Shown one piece after another: positions 13,085 to 27,105 of a stretch of 64,000 nucleotides of DNA; position 1 is the first letter of the stretch, and every line of letters starts with the position of its first letter. Below the pieces are notes generated by a model. It did no database searches and was not told the origin of the DNA. It worked only from the letters and a program-made list of their open reading frames with translations. The translations under genes and the position numbers were made by a program. This DNA comes from Lophium mytilinum (lineage: Eukaryota), in contig MU004185.1 in assembly GCA_010093605.1 (NCBI GenBank), positions 1,819,334 through 1,883,333 on the forward strand. Reading direction: 5' to 3'.

Positions 13085-15231
13085 GACAGCTTGGACGCCT
13101 GCTGTGCAGGACCGGACGTAAAGCCACTGTTATGTGGCCATCGACTGTTGGTGTTGGTTTCTGCTTGCGGCAGTACGATGGCCGCTCAGTAACTAAGCAT
13201 AACTGCAAAGGGCGAGGTAGCACATCTGGGTAGTATCACGGTTGGCGTTTTCGGGTTTCGGACGTGGGCGAGTTTGATGATGGAGTTATTGTTTAGGGGT
13301 TTTCTCCTTGGAGGCGTCTGGAGGGCAGTGGTCCAGCGCTTTGTTGTTTCGTGCATAGTGTTCTTTCTCTTCTTTTTGCCTGGTGGCTAGCCACCTAGGA
13401 CTCTTTTTGGGGGTGTAGGATTTGTGCTCGGAGTGTGGGTAGAGGGAGGGCATTTAGGTTGGGGTGGTACTGCGGAAGCGAGGCTGGTCAGGTAGTAACA
13501 TCAGAGTTCAAGTCTTAGGTGGTGTGCATGGCGGAGTGAGGGTTGGGGTAGGTAGGAAATTTTAGATCGTGTGTTTTCTATTCATCATAAGTTTGAAGAT
13601 CATGGTGTTAGTGGGCGAGATCTCTCTTTCGTTGGCGTGCGGTGATGCATAGGGCTATCGTATTGATTGAGAAGGTAACTAACGGATTGTGGTCAGGTTT
13701 AACATGGGAGCGCCTGCGCCCATCTATGGAGTTGAGTCGCGAATACCGTCGCATCGGAGTGTATTGAAAGCCTTGTAGAGACCATGGAGTCTGCAAGAGT
13801 GCAAGGCTACATAGGCACCGGATGTTTCGAATTTCAGCGCATGTTGAAGGCCCGTAGGCACGCTGGTTTGTAGGTGTTTGGCCCTCCTTTTTCTCGGCGC
13901 GCGAGCGGACCCCACCACTATTTCGATGAAATCGTATTATTATCTTCCCAAACCTTCGCCAATCATACTCTGCGACTAGACGTATCCCGTCACGGTGTCG
14001 TTTTCGTGCTAGCATATGTGGTTGTTGAGTTATCTACGAAAAGGTGGGTTGGGCCTCGAAAGTCGAGAAAGTCGTCTCGCTCTGTGCTCGATAGCTTGGC
14101 GGCCGCCAAGAGTTTCCGGAAAGGTTCACGTCCCGGGGCTTTCGGCGGCCGAAGCCTCTGGGAAGGCGGTCGCGGAGGCCGCTGAAAAGGAGAGGGCCGC
14201 CTGCAGAGGGTTTCAACACCTAGGTGGTGAGTACTGAGAGTAAGATGGCGTAGTCCCTGCTAATTCAAACTCTTAGAGCAGGTCTCCGGATTATGCATAC
14301 GCAGTATGAAGGCGTTTGTGCTCCCTTTTCCCCAGCACAGCTGCGGACCCCACCCCTATCTCAGTGGCCGCGCAATATTTCCACCGAAAAGGTGTTGCAG
14401 CACGTGGGGAATGGAGCTGCGGAGATGGAGCACGGGGAACGAGAAGAGCGAGTTTTTCAGGTACTCGCGGGTCCATCAAGCTAACCAAGAGACAGCTAGA
14501 TACCCTTCACCCCGGCCTTCCAATCGATCGATCCTTACGTCTCGCGCATAGGAGCAAGATACAATGGGTCGTCAAGCAGCTCCATGCTTCTGAGGGGGAC
14601 GTGGATTCAGTCGTTGAATGGACCATCACCCAATTAAAGGACAAAGCCTTAAAGGTCATGAAGGAAGACAACCAAGATGCGCAGGATGCTATAGAGCAGC
14701 TCGAGTTGCTGAAGAAGCAAGCAGTATGCGAGAGAGACTTTCAGAACCATGCTGTATTTGCAAAACTTTCGGAGAAGGCAAACAGCCAAGGGTCATTACT
14801 GGCAGCTGGCAAATGGTATAGCTGATAACATGTAAAACACAAAGGTTACGATGGGACAAAGATCGCATTCATGAGGTTAAGTCGCCAGATATCTGGGTCA
14901 CCACAAAAGTGTCTGCATCTTCTTCTATTCCCTTCTACTTTTGGTACTGTACATCTTGACGGGTGGACGGGTGTCTGGCTTCTTATCTTATTCACTACAT
15001 GACAGACGCTACTAATTCCAGCCCTGAACCTTTCACCACAGGAGATTAAGAGTTTCCAAATCTTTACGACGCAGCACCTACTTCTACAGCTCTATCATCA
15101 TCTCCTCTCCACTCGCTTTACACACACCACCACCCTTTCGGCCGCCTCGCCTCACCACCAAACCACAACATTATCACAGTCTCAGTCGCCCTACTTCGTT
15201 GCGCCTGTACCTAACCAAACGCCAAGTCGCA

Positions 15232-16239
15232 ATGTCGAGCACCACTATCCTCAGCCTGCCCGCCGAGCTCCGACAGCAGATTGTCGCGCAAACCATCTCT
15301 GCTACAATCGACAAGAAAGGCTATCACATAACCACTCCATTCTCCAGCGTCTGCAAGACCCTGCAAGCCGACGCGAACGAAGTCCTTTCTCTATGGCTCC
15401 CCACTGCTAGCGCCGATCCACTCGTCTTCGTCAAGAACCCCGACCCCGAAACTTTCAAGCATTTCCATGCCTTCCACCAACTCTTGAACGAACGCGCAGC
15501 TCGACTGAAAAACAGCGCGTGGCCCGGTGTCTCAGAAATCACGATCCAGGTCTTCGATCAGGTCTGGAACGGCACAAACTTGCTGAAAGGCACGCATGAG
15601 GTTTGGAGAATGAGCATGGGTGCGGCGGTCTACAGCTCCCAGTGCTGCGACTGGGTCACTCGGCTGGAAGGGCTCCCAGACTCCGTGAAGACGGTCAAGT
15701 TCGATCTCACTCTTGGCGTAAAAGAAACGGAAGCGGTGCGAGAAGCGGAAGAGTCTATGCAGAAGATCTTCTGGTACCGGCTTTTGCAGATGGTCAAAGT
15801 GATTGTGCGGCCTTCCCGAAGCCTTCTGAGCTCGGATCGTGTGAGCACTGTCCAATATGAGGTGGTTGGGACGTTTCCGGAGTGGATGGAGGATGCTATG
15901 GGTACACCGTCGGAAGTCGAACTCAAGTACTACAGGGGGGAGCCTGTGAGCTACGGCGAGGGCCTCTTTGCTGGGTTTATGAAGAATGTTCATAAGAAGC
16001 GAGAAGCGATTATGTTGGAGATGAAGACCGCGGCTGAGAAGAAGGCCAAGAAGCAGCTAGCCTTAGAGAACGCGAGGGAGAAGATGAGGAAGAAGATGAT
16101 GGTTAAGAAGGACTTCGGCAGGAGGATGGTGGAGCTGAAGAAGCGGAAGAGGGAGGTGGGAGATGTCGGGGAGCAGTCTAGCCATACTTCGAACGGAGTC
16201 AAGCGGCAGAAGACGGAGGACGGAAGTGTATTTAGATAA
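15232..16239 (+). CDS. Hypothetical protein with F-box-like N-terminus and basic coiled-coil/NLS-like C-terminus
   Basis: Intronless ORF of >330 codons; begins MSSTTILSLPAELRQQIV; Lys/Arg-rich tail (LKKRKRE..VKRQK). Confidence 0.75.
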   Translation: MSSTTILSLPAELRQQIVAQTISATIDKKGYHITTPFSSVCKTLQADANEVLSLWLPTASADPLVFVKNPDPETFKHFHAFHQLLNERAARLKNSAWPGVSEITIQVFDQVWNGTNLLKGTHEVWRMSMGAAVYSSQCCDWVTRLEGLPDSVKTVKFDLTLGVKETEAVREAEESMQKIFWYRLLQMVKVIVRPSRSLLSSDRVSTVQYEVVGTFPEWMEDAMGTPSEVELKYYRGEPVSYGEGLFAGFMKNVHKKREAIMLEMKTAAEKKAKKQLALENAREKMRKKMMVKKDFGRRMVELKKRKREVGDVGEQSSHTSNGVKRQKTEDGSVFR

Positions 16240-16787
16240 TGATGCTGAGGGTGGGTCCAGATGAGGTGTTCTTGCTCGGCACGGAGTAGGGTGGGCGATG
16301 TACGGATTGAAAGGATTAGATTGATACAGTAACGTTCTCAAATTAGGATCTGAGGATAAATTGTAGATGGCTACACGGCTTATCTACGATGTTGCTCTTT
16401 CACAACGGCGGGCAGGGGGAATAAACTAGATTTAAATAATAAGCACTCCTAAGAGAGCTTTGGAAGAACCAAACTTCTGCTCCGTAAATCGCACACAATA
16501 GAAAGCTTTACTATGACCGTTTCCAACACATATTGGATATGATTGGGCAACACAAGAATCAATCCGACCAATTTGGCGCCCCTTTCTGGCTCCTGGCTGA
16601 CTCAGCACAAGACCGTGTATCTATCCTTCCGTAGTAGCTAGCGTCCTCCCTCCACCACCAGCAGGAAGTAACCCCCATCCAAACACGGCCCCAATATAGG
16701 AAGGATGCTGGGGTTCACATCAGATGGCAATAGCCACCTGATTACCATAAACACTGCTGCTTTCGAGCAGATCAACAGAGTCCTTAC

Positions 16788-16862
16788 CATTCACACTCAC
16801 ACTCACATTCTCACACTCACATTCACACTCTCGCATTCACACTCTCACATTCACACTCACAG
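16788..16862. repeat. Imperfect (CACACT/CACATT)n microsatellite
   Basis: cattcacactcacactcacattctcacactcacattcacact... read directly. Confidence 0.9.
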
Positions 16863-17414
16863 TCACCCTAATCAACATTCGAAGGCATTTCTCTCTTTAG
16901 CCTGAGCTTTACTTTCAGACGCAGAGCTCGTTATGATGCCTATCTCTTCCGCCAACCTCAGCACTACGCCCCGCCGTCAATGCCACCGGACACACTCGGT
17001 TCTTACTATTGCTACAACTGCTATTCTAGCTCTTCCTACCTTTTTGACGACAGCTCCTCTGCAGCCAAAACTACGATGGGGCCGGGATGGACAAACGAGT
17101 CTACGAAGGGAGGCCACAGCTGGGTTTAGCTGGGCTTCCGTATGGATGTCTCTTCTCTTCTGGCAAAGCCTTGCCTATGGTCAAGATTTCTCAAATTGGA
17201 TGTTCAATGACACGGTTCGTTGACCTAACGAGCTTTTCATCCCTTCATCGTTGCCTCACTCTTCTTCTGAATTCCTCTATTTATACATTGGTCCCCTATG
17301 AGCCTCTCACTTTAGGCGTTCAGGATGCTAGCGTGAACGCTCCCGACTCTTTCCAAATATATGAAGAATCCAATAGTTGCTTCGGAATGTCTAGCTAACT
17401 TGACCGCTTTGTAG

Positions 17415-19299
17415 TTCCAGAGCCTCTCGTTCGAGTTTTCAAAGAATCTCTCGTTCCAACCCTGTTATAGAGATTTCCAATGCGCTAGACTCCAGCTTCC
17501 TCTGGACTACTGGAACGGCACTAACCCAAACGAAACAGTATCTCTTGCGATCCTCAAAATTCCCGCCAGAGTTCCAGTCTCCGATACCAGGTATGGCGGG
17601 CCGATCCTCATCAATCCTGGAGGTCCAGGCGAGTCAGGGACAGCATGGGCTAGGAAAGCCGGCCTCATGCTTCAGACACTCGTCGACTCAGCAGAAGACC
17701 CAGCCGTCTGCGCCCAGCTGGACTCGAAAGCAAAGTACTACGACATCATCGGATTCGACCCTCGTGGTGTTGGAGAGACTACGCCTAGTGCATCCTGCTC
17801 CTTAGATGAACTGTCGGAGAACTATTGGCTCCAGGACGATTATTATGAAGGCTCCAATACCACCTTAAGACGATTATGGGCTATCAATCAAGACGTAGGT
17901 TCCGCCTGCTCTCACAGCTCCAAAGCAGGAGACGATATCAAGAAATACCTAACTGCGGCCTCTGTCGCCCGTGATATGCTAGAGATTGTCGAGAAACACG
18001 CCGAATGGAAGGCCAACGAAACTCTGCGTATATCGAACGAAACCGATGCTGCAGTCGTTGAACGCAGCCGCAAGACCGAAAATTGCACACTCCCCTCCAC
18101 CACCAAGCACGTCCCCTATGTCAACGGCACTGCAAAGCTTCAGTACTGGGGAATCTCCTACGGCACCTTCCTAGGTAGCACCTTTGCGTCCATGTATCCT
18201 TCTCGTGTTGGCCGCCTCATCCTCGACGGTGTCGTTGATGCTGAAGACTACCTCCAGACCCTCTGGATCGACAACCTCAACGACACCGAAAAAGCAATGG
18301 CCCATTTCTACACCACGTGCGCCACAGCCGGCCCAGAGAAGTGTGGCCTCGCAGCTACCAACGCCACAGCCGCCGATGTCGAAAAACGAGTAGCAGCTAT
18401 TGTAGACTCCGTCTATCACGAACCTCTCGTCGTATCCATTGGAGATGGATTCCGATCAAAATACATAACCGACAGGGAGGTTCGCGACGTCCTCTTCATG
18501 ATGCTCTACCAGCCCCTCGACAGATTCTCTCGCGTGGCCGACTCGATGGCCGCCCTCCTACGTCGCGACGGTCATCGCGACGGTACCCTGTTCGCTCGAG
18601 TCTCCAACAGCTTCAAACCCGTATTCTGGAAATCAGCAGTGGAACAGCAGGAGGCGGCGACGGTTTACCGCGCCATCCGGTGCTCGGATGGCGATTCCGT
18701 GACCAAGATGAGTTTCAATGACTTCGAAGCGTACGCAGACGAGCTCATGGCTCTAAGCCCTTTCGGCGGTGCTTTCGTGGCGGAAATGTCACTGGGCTGC
18801 CCGGCGATGACTTATCGGCCGCTGTATAGGTTCCGTGGGCCGATGGGTGGGAACACATCTCGTCCTATCTTGTGGATTGGAAATACGGCAGATCCCATTT
18901 CGCCACTGAAGAACGCGTTCAAGATGGCGAGTCTATTTGAGGGGAGTGTTGCTTTGACGCAGAACTCGACTGGGGTGAGTTTGTGGAGTTATGTGGACGA
19001 GTTTGTTGCAAGGCATTGTTGCTAACGAGATGCAGCACGGCTCTTACACAGCACTCTCTTTCTGTACTCTCGGCCACATTCGTGCTTATCTCCATAAGGG
19101 TGTCTTACCGCCGCCGGACACCGTCTGTCAGCCCGACGAGCTCCCCTTCGGTGTTGTGCTCCCTCTTTCGTCAGCAGAAATGTCGGAGCTTCTTCCCTTA
19201 CACGAAATAGAGCACAAGGAACGGAAAGAAGCGAGGAAGAATTTGCGACAAGCCCAGCGGAAACTTAGTGGATCTCGTCTTTCTGATCCTGAGGATTGA
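17415..19299 (+). CDS. Alpha/beta hydrolase, tripeptidyl-aminopeptidase (TAP)-like; 5' exon uncertain (likely in the 17087-17356 frame); intron ~18975-19036
   Basis: FQCARLQLPLDY, ILINPGGPG, IIGFDPRGVG, nucleophile motif WGISYGT, LILDGVVD, ILWIGNTADPISP, and catalytic H in TG|HGS after the last intron. Many N-glycosylation sequons. Confidence 0.88.
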
Positions 19300-19605
19300 G
19301 GAAAGCGGAGCGCTGGTTGCTGAGATTGCGAAAGGGAAGGGGCTCGTAGACAACGGAGAGGTTCTGGAGAGCATGGTTGAGAAGTCTTTCTGCTCAGGTT
19401 GTCTGAGTCTTCATGGGACACGACTGGTTTCGGCGTGATTATCGGTAGCTTTGAGCGTCCCTCATGGCGCGTCTAGCATTCGAGCGTGTATTCTGTATGA
19501 TCACTCACGTGGTCTGTCTCCTTTAGTCATTAATTCAATTCCTTATTTCCTACAAACGGCTGTTGAATAGGTGTCCATAGTGCTCAAGGTACAAAGTGAC
19601 TCGCA

Positions 19606-21340
19606 TTACAGGGTATCGCCATCCCTACCATCCGTCTTACTTTCTCCGTTCTTGTAAGCCGTCTTAGCGCTCGTTGGGGAGCTGGTCTGGCTCTGGTGTT
19701 CCTGTCCCTCACCCTCTCTCTCTTTGTCTCCCTTTGCATCATCATCCTGCCCAAGCTCGCTACTCCCCACATTTCCGACACTTGCAACCCTCATCGGAAA
19801 TGTTTCACGTGTAGCAGGGATGGAACTCTCCGCAGGATCATCTCGACTATCTCCCTCCGGGAATGGCGTGAAATGTGGGAGCGCTATCCGCGGAACTTGC
19901 GTATCAGGACTAGGAACTGGTTTGCGGGGTATCATTCGGACAGTCGTATCTGACCCATGCTTCGAAGAAGCTGGACTGCCATCTCTGGACGCGATCGCAG
20001 CCTTGCTCTCCTCTTGGGAGATTTGGCTTTGCTCGTTGGAAGCAGGCGACGACTTGGCTGAGTGGAGCTTGTCTTCTTTCATGGGAACAGTCGAACGTCG
20101 CGTTTGCGGCGGGGGAGTAGGCGACGCTGTGGCTGGTTGAACGGCATCGGTGGCCGTGGCGGGGGGTGTCGGGTTGTTGGGAGTACTCGGCGTACTGTTC
20201 TCGTCGTGCGAAGGGCCGAGTAGGTCGTTGCTACTTGCAGAAGCTGCGGGAGTGTTTTCATCCGTCTTGATCTTCTTCGACGTGCCTGACGTAGTCGCGT
20301 CGGGATTGGAGCTGGACAATGTCCTTTTCACGGCTCTGAAACCCGTTACAACAGGCTCCGGGATATATCTCTTCCCTTTGCGCAGTATCTTTGCTAACCT
20401 GCTGCTTTTGGTCGAGCTGGTTTCGTTCGAGTCATCTCGTGGAGGCTGGTTCGTGTTTGTATCTAATATGGACGTGGGAGTTAGTACTGTACCCAAGATT
20501 TCATGTTTATTTTGTGCAATAATTATGAGTATCCATGCGAGCCAGCTGTCATGTTATTTCAGGGGGCAGTTGAATGATGGCTCCGTCTTGATGTGACAGG
20601 GCAATGCGTGAAGTCGGTTGGGTATATGGGGATCGCGGATGATTGGATGGGCTGCTACCTCACCTGAAGGGTTCGTTTCTTGTCCATTCCCAGACTCTTT
20701 AGTACTGTCGGTAGTAGAGCGGCTTCGCTTGCTAATTCCCAAGGATAAGTTAGTCAAGGTGGCACGTGAGACAAGAGCTAGAGGGGACGATATCGGCGGT
20801 GCTGGTTAGGGTTGTTTATATGAGCGGGTACTGAAAAGAAGTTTGACACCGTGTAATAAGTTTGACACATCTCTCAAAGCTTCCGAAAAGATGAGAGAAC
20901 TCGCGAGCGAATCGGGGATGGTTCTTTCGTTTGGCATGACCATGTCTCAAAAGGGGCTTTCACATCAGGCTAAGTTTTGTGGACTGCGCAAACTCAATTA
21001 GCATCGGGAAATTTGTTTCAAGCGCCTCAAGATAGTCTAGCATTTTCGTTGTATGTGCAGATTCCCACGAATGATACTTGTGATGGCCTCCTTCAACGAC
21101 AAAATCGAGACATCCGACAATGTACCCCCAGACCTTTGGTAGCGCGAAGAACGCGTTCTTGTATATCACTCGTCGCAGTAGGTATAGAAGTCGATTACTT
21201 TCGGCAGGTACGGGAATATGAAGGTAGCTGTGGTGTTGCAGAATGGCCGATTGAGGCTAGTTTTCGTGCGTCTCGAAGGGCTGCGGCTCGCATAGGTACG
21301 CAGGGGGGTTGGATGTTTCTCGCTCGCCTGAACATTCCCT
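19606..21340 (-). pseudogene. Probable decayed gene with a Ser/Thr/Pro-rich C-terminal part
   Basis: ORFs 20554-20757 and 19606-20496 share a frame separated by one TAA. ORF 20960-21169 extends upstream past a single TAG. Exon structure is not resolved. Confidence 0.4.
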
Positions 21341-22709
21341 TCTAGAGATTTAGAAACTCCGAATCGATAGTTAATGAAGGTGAAAACCTAGTTGTTGTGT
21401 AGTGGGTATGCGTCGTAGACGGAGGTCCGCGTCGGGGGGGCTGGGACGCGACGTGGTAGCGCTCCCTGACCTTACGAGTCTTCGATTCTTCATAATTATG
21501 AATAATCGAGGTTCAGGAACTCGTCGTGGTCTGAGAACCTTAGTTCGTAGATGGCGGAGGCGTGGCAGTGGGCGGGTTATGATCGTTGCCGCGTTGCTCG
21601 GGTTCAATCCCTCTGTTCTGCCTCACCTGTTCGAGTTGGGCTTCAAGGCATCGTTGGACTCTTATAGCTGCACCCGCTACTGTGTCGTAAGTAAATATGA
21701 CGCGTAATGTTCGGGTTGTCTAGCTTACGTTCCAGTTTCCTCTTGTCCCATATGACGAGACAGTAGGATGGGTTCATGGTATTCTCGCGTGTGCGTTAAA
21801 AACCAGAGGCCCGTGCGAGTTGATATGGGGGCAGACTGAAATCAAGACTGGCTCTTCTCCGTGACAGCGCCGGTTGCTTTCGACAAACAAAACTGGTGAG
21901 GAATAGTCTCTACGCAAAATAGGTGCGCACATACAAGAGAAGAAAGAGCCTGCGCTAGCTCTAGAGGGTGAGAACGCGAAGCATGCAGATGGGGACCAAG
22001 TGTTGTCACGGTCGAGTGAGCCCTGGGCTGCACGCTGCAACTGGAACAGTACGAACACCCCTGTGAGCCTCTTCAAGTCTCCAATAGAGGGACATCAACG
22101 CCCCAAGCTACTGGTAAGACTGTGCAATCGGATTCGAACCCCATCGTCGCAAGGTTTGTTGAACCGGCTCAACGCAGGGCTCCGCCTCACGGATGTGGGT
22201 ACACCGCTTCTTTATCGACTCAGTGACCATAGTCCGGGAGCTTCATGTTTCCTGCTCTACTTCCCCAGCATGTCTAGACAACAGGATACTTGAGGTATGG
22301 ACTGGCGAATGCGTATTTTGAGAGTCCTGGAGACAGCATTCCACGAGAATAGCTCTCATAGATCTCCAAAAACGATTTTTTGGCTCCCACCGACAGCGGC
22401 AGTAGGGTTGAAGACCACATCTGTGATAGCATTCAGCATCAGGAGGGCTAGTCATGCCATTGTCGCTGTTCCTCCGTGTATGAAAGGTGGCGTGCCGTGA
22501 CGACTTGAACGTGTGGAAGGTTGCGGTCCGAGCGATCCTAGCCAGGAGTGTTCGGCTAGAGCCAAAGAGCCACCACATTTTGCTGCCTGATTGCCTTCAA
22601 AACGGGGCGAAGCGGTCGCCAGAGCGACCTCTAGCTCCGGTAAGGCTGAAGAACGACCTCCACCCTCTGATGAAATCTAGTCGGAAGGTCCAAAGGGGGT
22701 GTGTCATTG

Positions 22710-23726
22710 TCACCCGGAACCTTTTATGATGCCATTATTTATCCCGCTCATTATCAAGGGAGCGACGACAGCCATAAACCTAGAAAGACTTTAGTTCATG
22801 GTTGAATGGGATGTGATATCGGACTCACCCAGTGATGACAGTAATTAAGGAGAGGGACGTTGGGTCCCCAATAACCAAGCCCACACAACCAGCAAACCCC
22901 AAGAACCAAGCTGCGGCAACCTCGAACCTGGTAATAACTCTTTCACAGTGGCATAATGAATAAAGACAGAGAAGATTCACCATGACAGTGATAACAAGAA
23001 CGAGAAGTCTTCCAAGAGACAAAAGGAGATTGCCATCCACAATGGAAAAGCCGTTTGGGTCTGCAGCCTTGGGCCGAAAGGGATTCATCTGGTGAAACAT
23101 CGGAGCCAAAACGTCAGCCACAAGTTTGCTGATGATTGTCTGTCCTGGGTCAGGGTGCAGAGCCAAGAGATCTTCGGCAATCCCATCGTGGTCCGAAGTA
23201 GATCCCCAGTTGCACGCATCCGGTCCGACGAGAGACCGGCCGCACTTCTCGTCAAAGTATCTCTGAAATGACCTAAGCTGAGAACCATTCACTACTCTAG
23301 GGTACATGGCCCTGTGCAGGAGAATAGACTTCTCTGAGGGGTAAAAATCAGCGCTAGGACATGAGAGCCAAAAGTGTAACCCAACTTACGATAAGTCTTC
23401 AATTTCTCGCGGAGTTTTTCTACAAGTTTCTCTTGCTCGCCTTTCGAATCTCTCAGTTGGATCCAATTTGCTGCATAATCTTTCCCTTCCGAAGTGTTGG
23501 AATCTGCAAGCTGGAGCTCGTGAAGTCTTCTCTCCAGGTCCTCGATATCAGTTTGTAGGTAGAGAATGAGAAGCATCGAATCAGATTGGAAACTCCGGAC
23601 GTGGGCGGCTTGAGGCGCAGTTATAGCCATAAAGCGCGCCACATCGGGGTACCCTTGTATGTGCTTTTGAGCGAAGTCCGCGCTTGCCGCCCCAATTCGC
23701 TCAATACCCGATGGAGCGTTAGCCAT
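22710..23726 (-). CDS. DUF6594-like protein (copy 1); introns 23334-23389 and ~22780-22828
   Basis: GYPDVARFMA..HVRSF..LLILYLQTDIEDLERRLHELQLAD..LVEKLREKLKTY|QKSILL, then C-terminal hydrophobic helices, matching the DUF6594 pattern from recall. Confidence 0.78.
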
Positions 23727-26700
23727 ATTCGCAGGCAGGAAATACCACAAGAATGGATTTTTTGTGCTAGGCAATTTCTTGAAGAAAAAACTGAGGCTAA
23801 GAGCTATCAGTAATCCTATCAGATGCACTTCGTGTAATGACTTTATATTCACTCGGGAGACTGGACATTTTGAGGCTCAAAAGTCAGCACACCACCATCT
23901 TCGAAACAACGCAACAATGCAGCAACAAGGCAGCTGAGTGAAACCAGAGCGCCTACTGAATGTTCGGTAGTGAAGGAAAATGCAAGAGGAAGCAAAAATA
24001 GCTGTGTTGAGTCCTGGAATGTTTGGATCATCCTCTTCCTTCGCTCCTATCACAGACGGAGAAGGGTCGATAACCACGCTATCGGCATTAACAGATCACG
24101 AGGATTGGGCACACTCTCATCTCACCGGTTGCCTTGTGAGGCTCTTGGAGAGCAGGATAAGCGCTGTCAATACGTTATCGGGTCAAACTCCGAGAACGAG
24201 TTACGAGCACCTATCACATACCGTCGAATGAGGCAGAAAGACGAAGAGTCATGTTTCGTGCGGCACAGTACGCACACATGGTGAGGCTCCTGAGACTAAA
24301 AAAGAATGAGATGTGTGGCTGCTATTCTTGAGCGTCGGCAAGGTCGTGAATTGCATAGTCTCCACCTATCGTGACCCTCCAACGGGCATCGCAAGGGTAA
24401 GTATGGGGATGGGGCGGCGCGAGCCGCGCAGGAGGGCATCTTTGCATGCTAGGCTGCATAAGGGATGTTTGTTGTATGGGTTGCTGATGGAATGGTGTGT
24501 TGCAATGACGACCTCGGGACAGTTCGCAGGGACGAAAGGATCTCCGGCGGCTTTGGCGAGATCTACTCCTCAAGAAATCGTCGCCACCGTCGCCAATGTC
24601 GACAACGAATATGGACAAGACACGTATGAGGCTCTCGACCGGGTGCGCCAGTGAACCGTGGGAGTTAGATGGAGATGTTGGGAGGAAGGCTGATGGATGC
24701 GCCCTTTAGGAGACTCGTTCTCGATAGCTTAAGACTGTCGTTTCCTCTAAAATAACAACAAGAAATAGAGGAAATGTCTTAGAAAGTCGCGTCGGAGGAA
24801 AAGCCACCAACATTTTAGGCACACCCCAGAAAGGCGCGAAGATTGGTGCTCTTGTTCCACGGCATGGACGATACCTAGCGTATTGAAACCGAGCAATCAT
24901 AGTTCAAAGCAAGCGAGTAACGATAACGTGTAACCTTCAGGCAAGCTCAGGGGGAAAGGTACCTTCGCCTGAGAGATGAAGCTGACAAGGCACGCTGGAG
25001 TTCACTCAGACGCTCACCAAGGCATACAGAAACGCTTTTGCGGCAAGCCCACTGTTCAAAGTCATGCCCACGAAGACGAACACCAGGCTTCTGTAGCGAT
25101 TCTAATTGACCGAGCAGAAGCTGAGAAGGTGTCTAATCTTTTCTGACACTCTCTGATCAAAGACCAGCGATGAGCTAGGCAAGTAATCGAAGCATTTAGA
25201 GGTCACTGTGCCACATTTCCATCAGTTGTTCAGCTTTCAACGCTGCACACATTCTCGCATAAACCCAACGCGATGCTGATGCAAGTGCTGCTTCATTAGA
25301 TACACTCTAGGGTTCCAAAGCCCTCATTGTCCTGCTGAGAGACATCGAACTTCCTTCCTCACCCATCCGGGCCCTCCGCAATCCCTCGATGTAGCGACGA
25401 TAAGCTGCCACACTGCGAGCTGTTATCCACGCTGAATTTAGCAAAGCATGCGCCTTCGCACATGTAAAAGGTCAACAGCGAGTGCTGCTCGGGCATAGAG
25501 CGTGGGTCATCCGAGCGGCGATAGAGGCTGGCACAGGATCGCTATGGTGTGGGCTATCGAGCTTGAAGCTGGCTTAGAATATCCGAGAGACCATACATTG
25601 CGGATCCTGCGCTTCGTGTGCTTGTCTTGGGAGCTGTGGAGGTTGCAATGGTGTCTTGTAAGGAGAGTGTCGCGGCCAAAGATGAGATGGCGACGGAGGA
25701 ATGAGCCGGAAGCTCGTCAAGTTAGGTTCTATTGGTTAAGTTTAGGCACATGTCCTAGTCAATTTCATGATGTGCTCTGAAACGAACTGTGCTTGAAATG
25801 GGGTGCCGTGTTGAAAGTGGTCGTACCTCTGTCCATCGTAATCATAGTTTGAGAGGCAGTGAATGTCTCCGATCGAGCCTCATCGACTTCATCACCTCTG
25901 ATGCCCGCGATATGCCTCGGGCACGAATAGAAATGAATTCCATGCATACTCTTTGCTGATAAGAGGCACTCAGCCGCCCATGTGGCTTCCCGAAGCAGTA
26001 CACCCCCTGACTTTTCCTCCCCTTCAAACTTGAGTCACCTCGACGACGCACAATGCTAGACGCCGCATATGTTGGTGGTGGCAATATCTGAACTGCACCT
26101 TCGTATGGCTAGGCTCTATCCCTCGTTCTATCTTGAGGCTAACTGGGAGTGTTGCCTGACGACGAATGCCTCCCAGCTACCTCAATTCAGCCACGATCAA
26201 TTGCGCAGCCTTCCATCACCTTCTCTACTGATAATGGTGGGCCTACGTGGACCAATCTACGCGGCGCATGTCTTAGGCCTTACGGTTGAGCGAGCCAAGG
26301 TGAGGTAGCCGCGAGACCCGACCCCGGCATTTCGCTGTCCCCGATTTTCTGCTTGCGCAACCCACAGTAACGCTTACGCAGTTAGACATGTGCCCAGTCG
26401 TCAGGCGAACGGCCCGTACCGCTTCGAATGCCTTATGGAGTGTGCTCCGTCCAAGGGAGGGTGGGGACTGGTGGCCATCGACTGCTCTCGACACCGCTAC
26501 CCCAACACCCGGTCGGTCTGCTATCTCTGAGTGTGCTTCAGAGCCTCATCGTGTCCTTTCGCTGTGCCGCATACCTACAGTAGGCATACTCAAGCTCGCC
26601 CAAGGTGTGCTGCGATTCGAGCCACGGAGCCGCTTTGGGGAGCTACCATGCGCTGGATCGCAGGACTAATGTGCCTAGAAGACGCGCAATAGTACCGGTG

Positions 26701-27105
26701 AGATATAGAGAAGAGTTAGTGGTCGGATGAGCGGTTGCCGTGGCTGATCTTACGATGCGTCGTTGTTCTCGTGCGTTGCAGCTGCCCAATTCTTGACGAT
26801 GAGAGGACCAAGTAGGCAAATTGAACACTAGCGGAGCTATTATCCCGGAAACGAGTCGCGCCCGGTACTCTCTCTGCCTTACGATGCAAATGGCTATAGG
26901 AATTGCGAGGTTGACAAGCTGGGCTTCTTGGTTGCGAGGGCGAGAAACAGTAGGTGGTTGCATATAAAAACCGGGCGCCGTCTGACCATATTCTCACTTT
27001 ATTTTCTTTCGCCATACCATCGTTCTAGAAACAACTTTGCCAGGATTTGTGCCTTGAGAACATTGAGACTTGTTGGGTTGCGCGCCCCTCCAATAATCTG
27101 CCAGT

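Noticed and set aside
14016..14825. Possible spliced gene (intron-like 14227-14277; 169-aa ORF with a helical C-terminus)
   Set aside because: Could not join the pieces into one frame and recognised no motif; left uncalled.
23900..27050. Short ORFs between the DUF6594-like genes and an imperfect palindrome near 24945-24972
   Set aside because: No recognisable motifs or consistent splice structure; the palindrome is short and mismatched.
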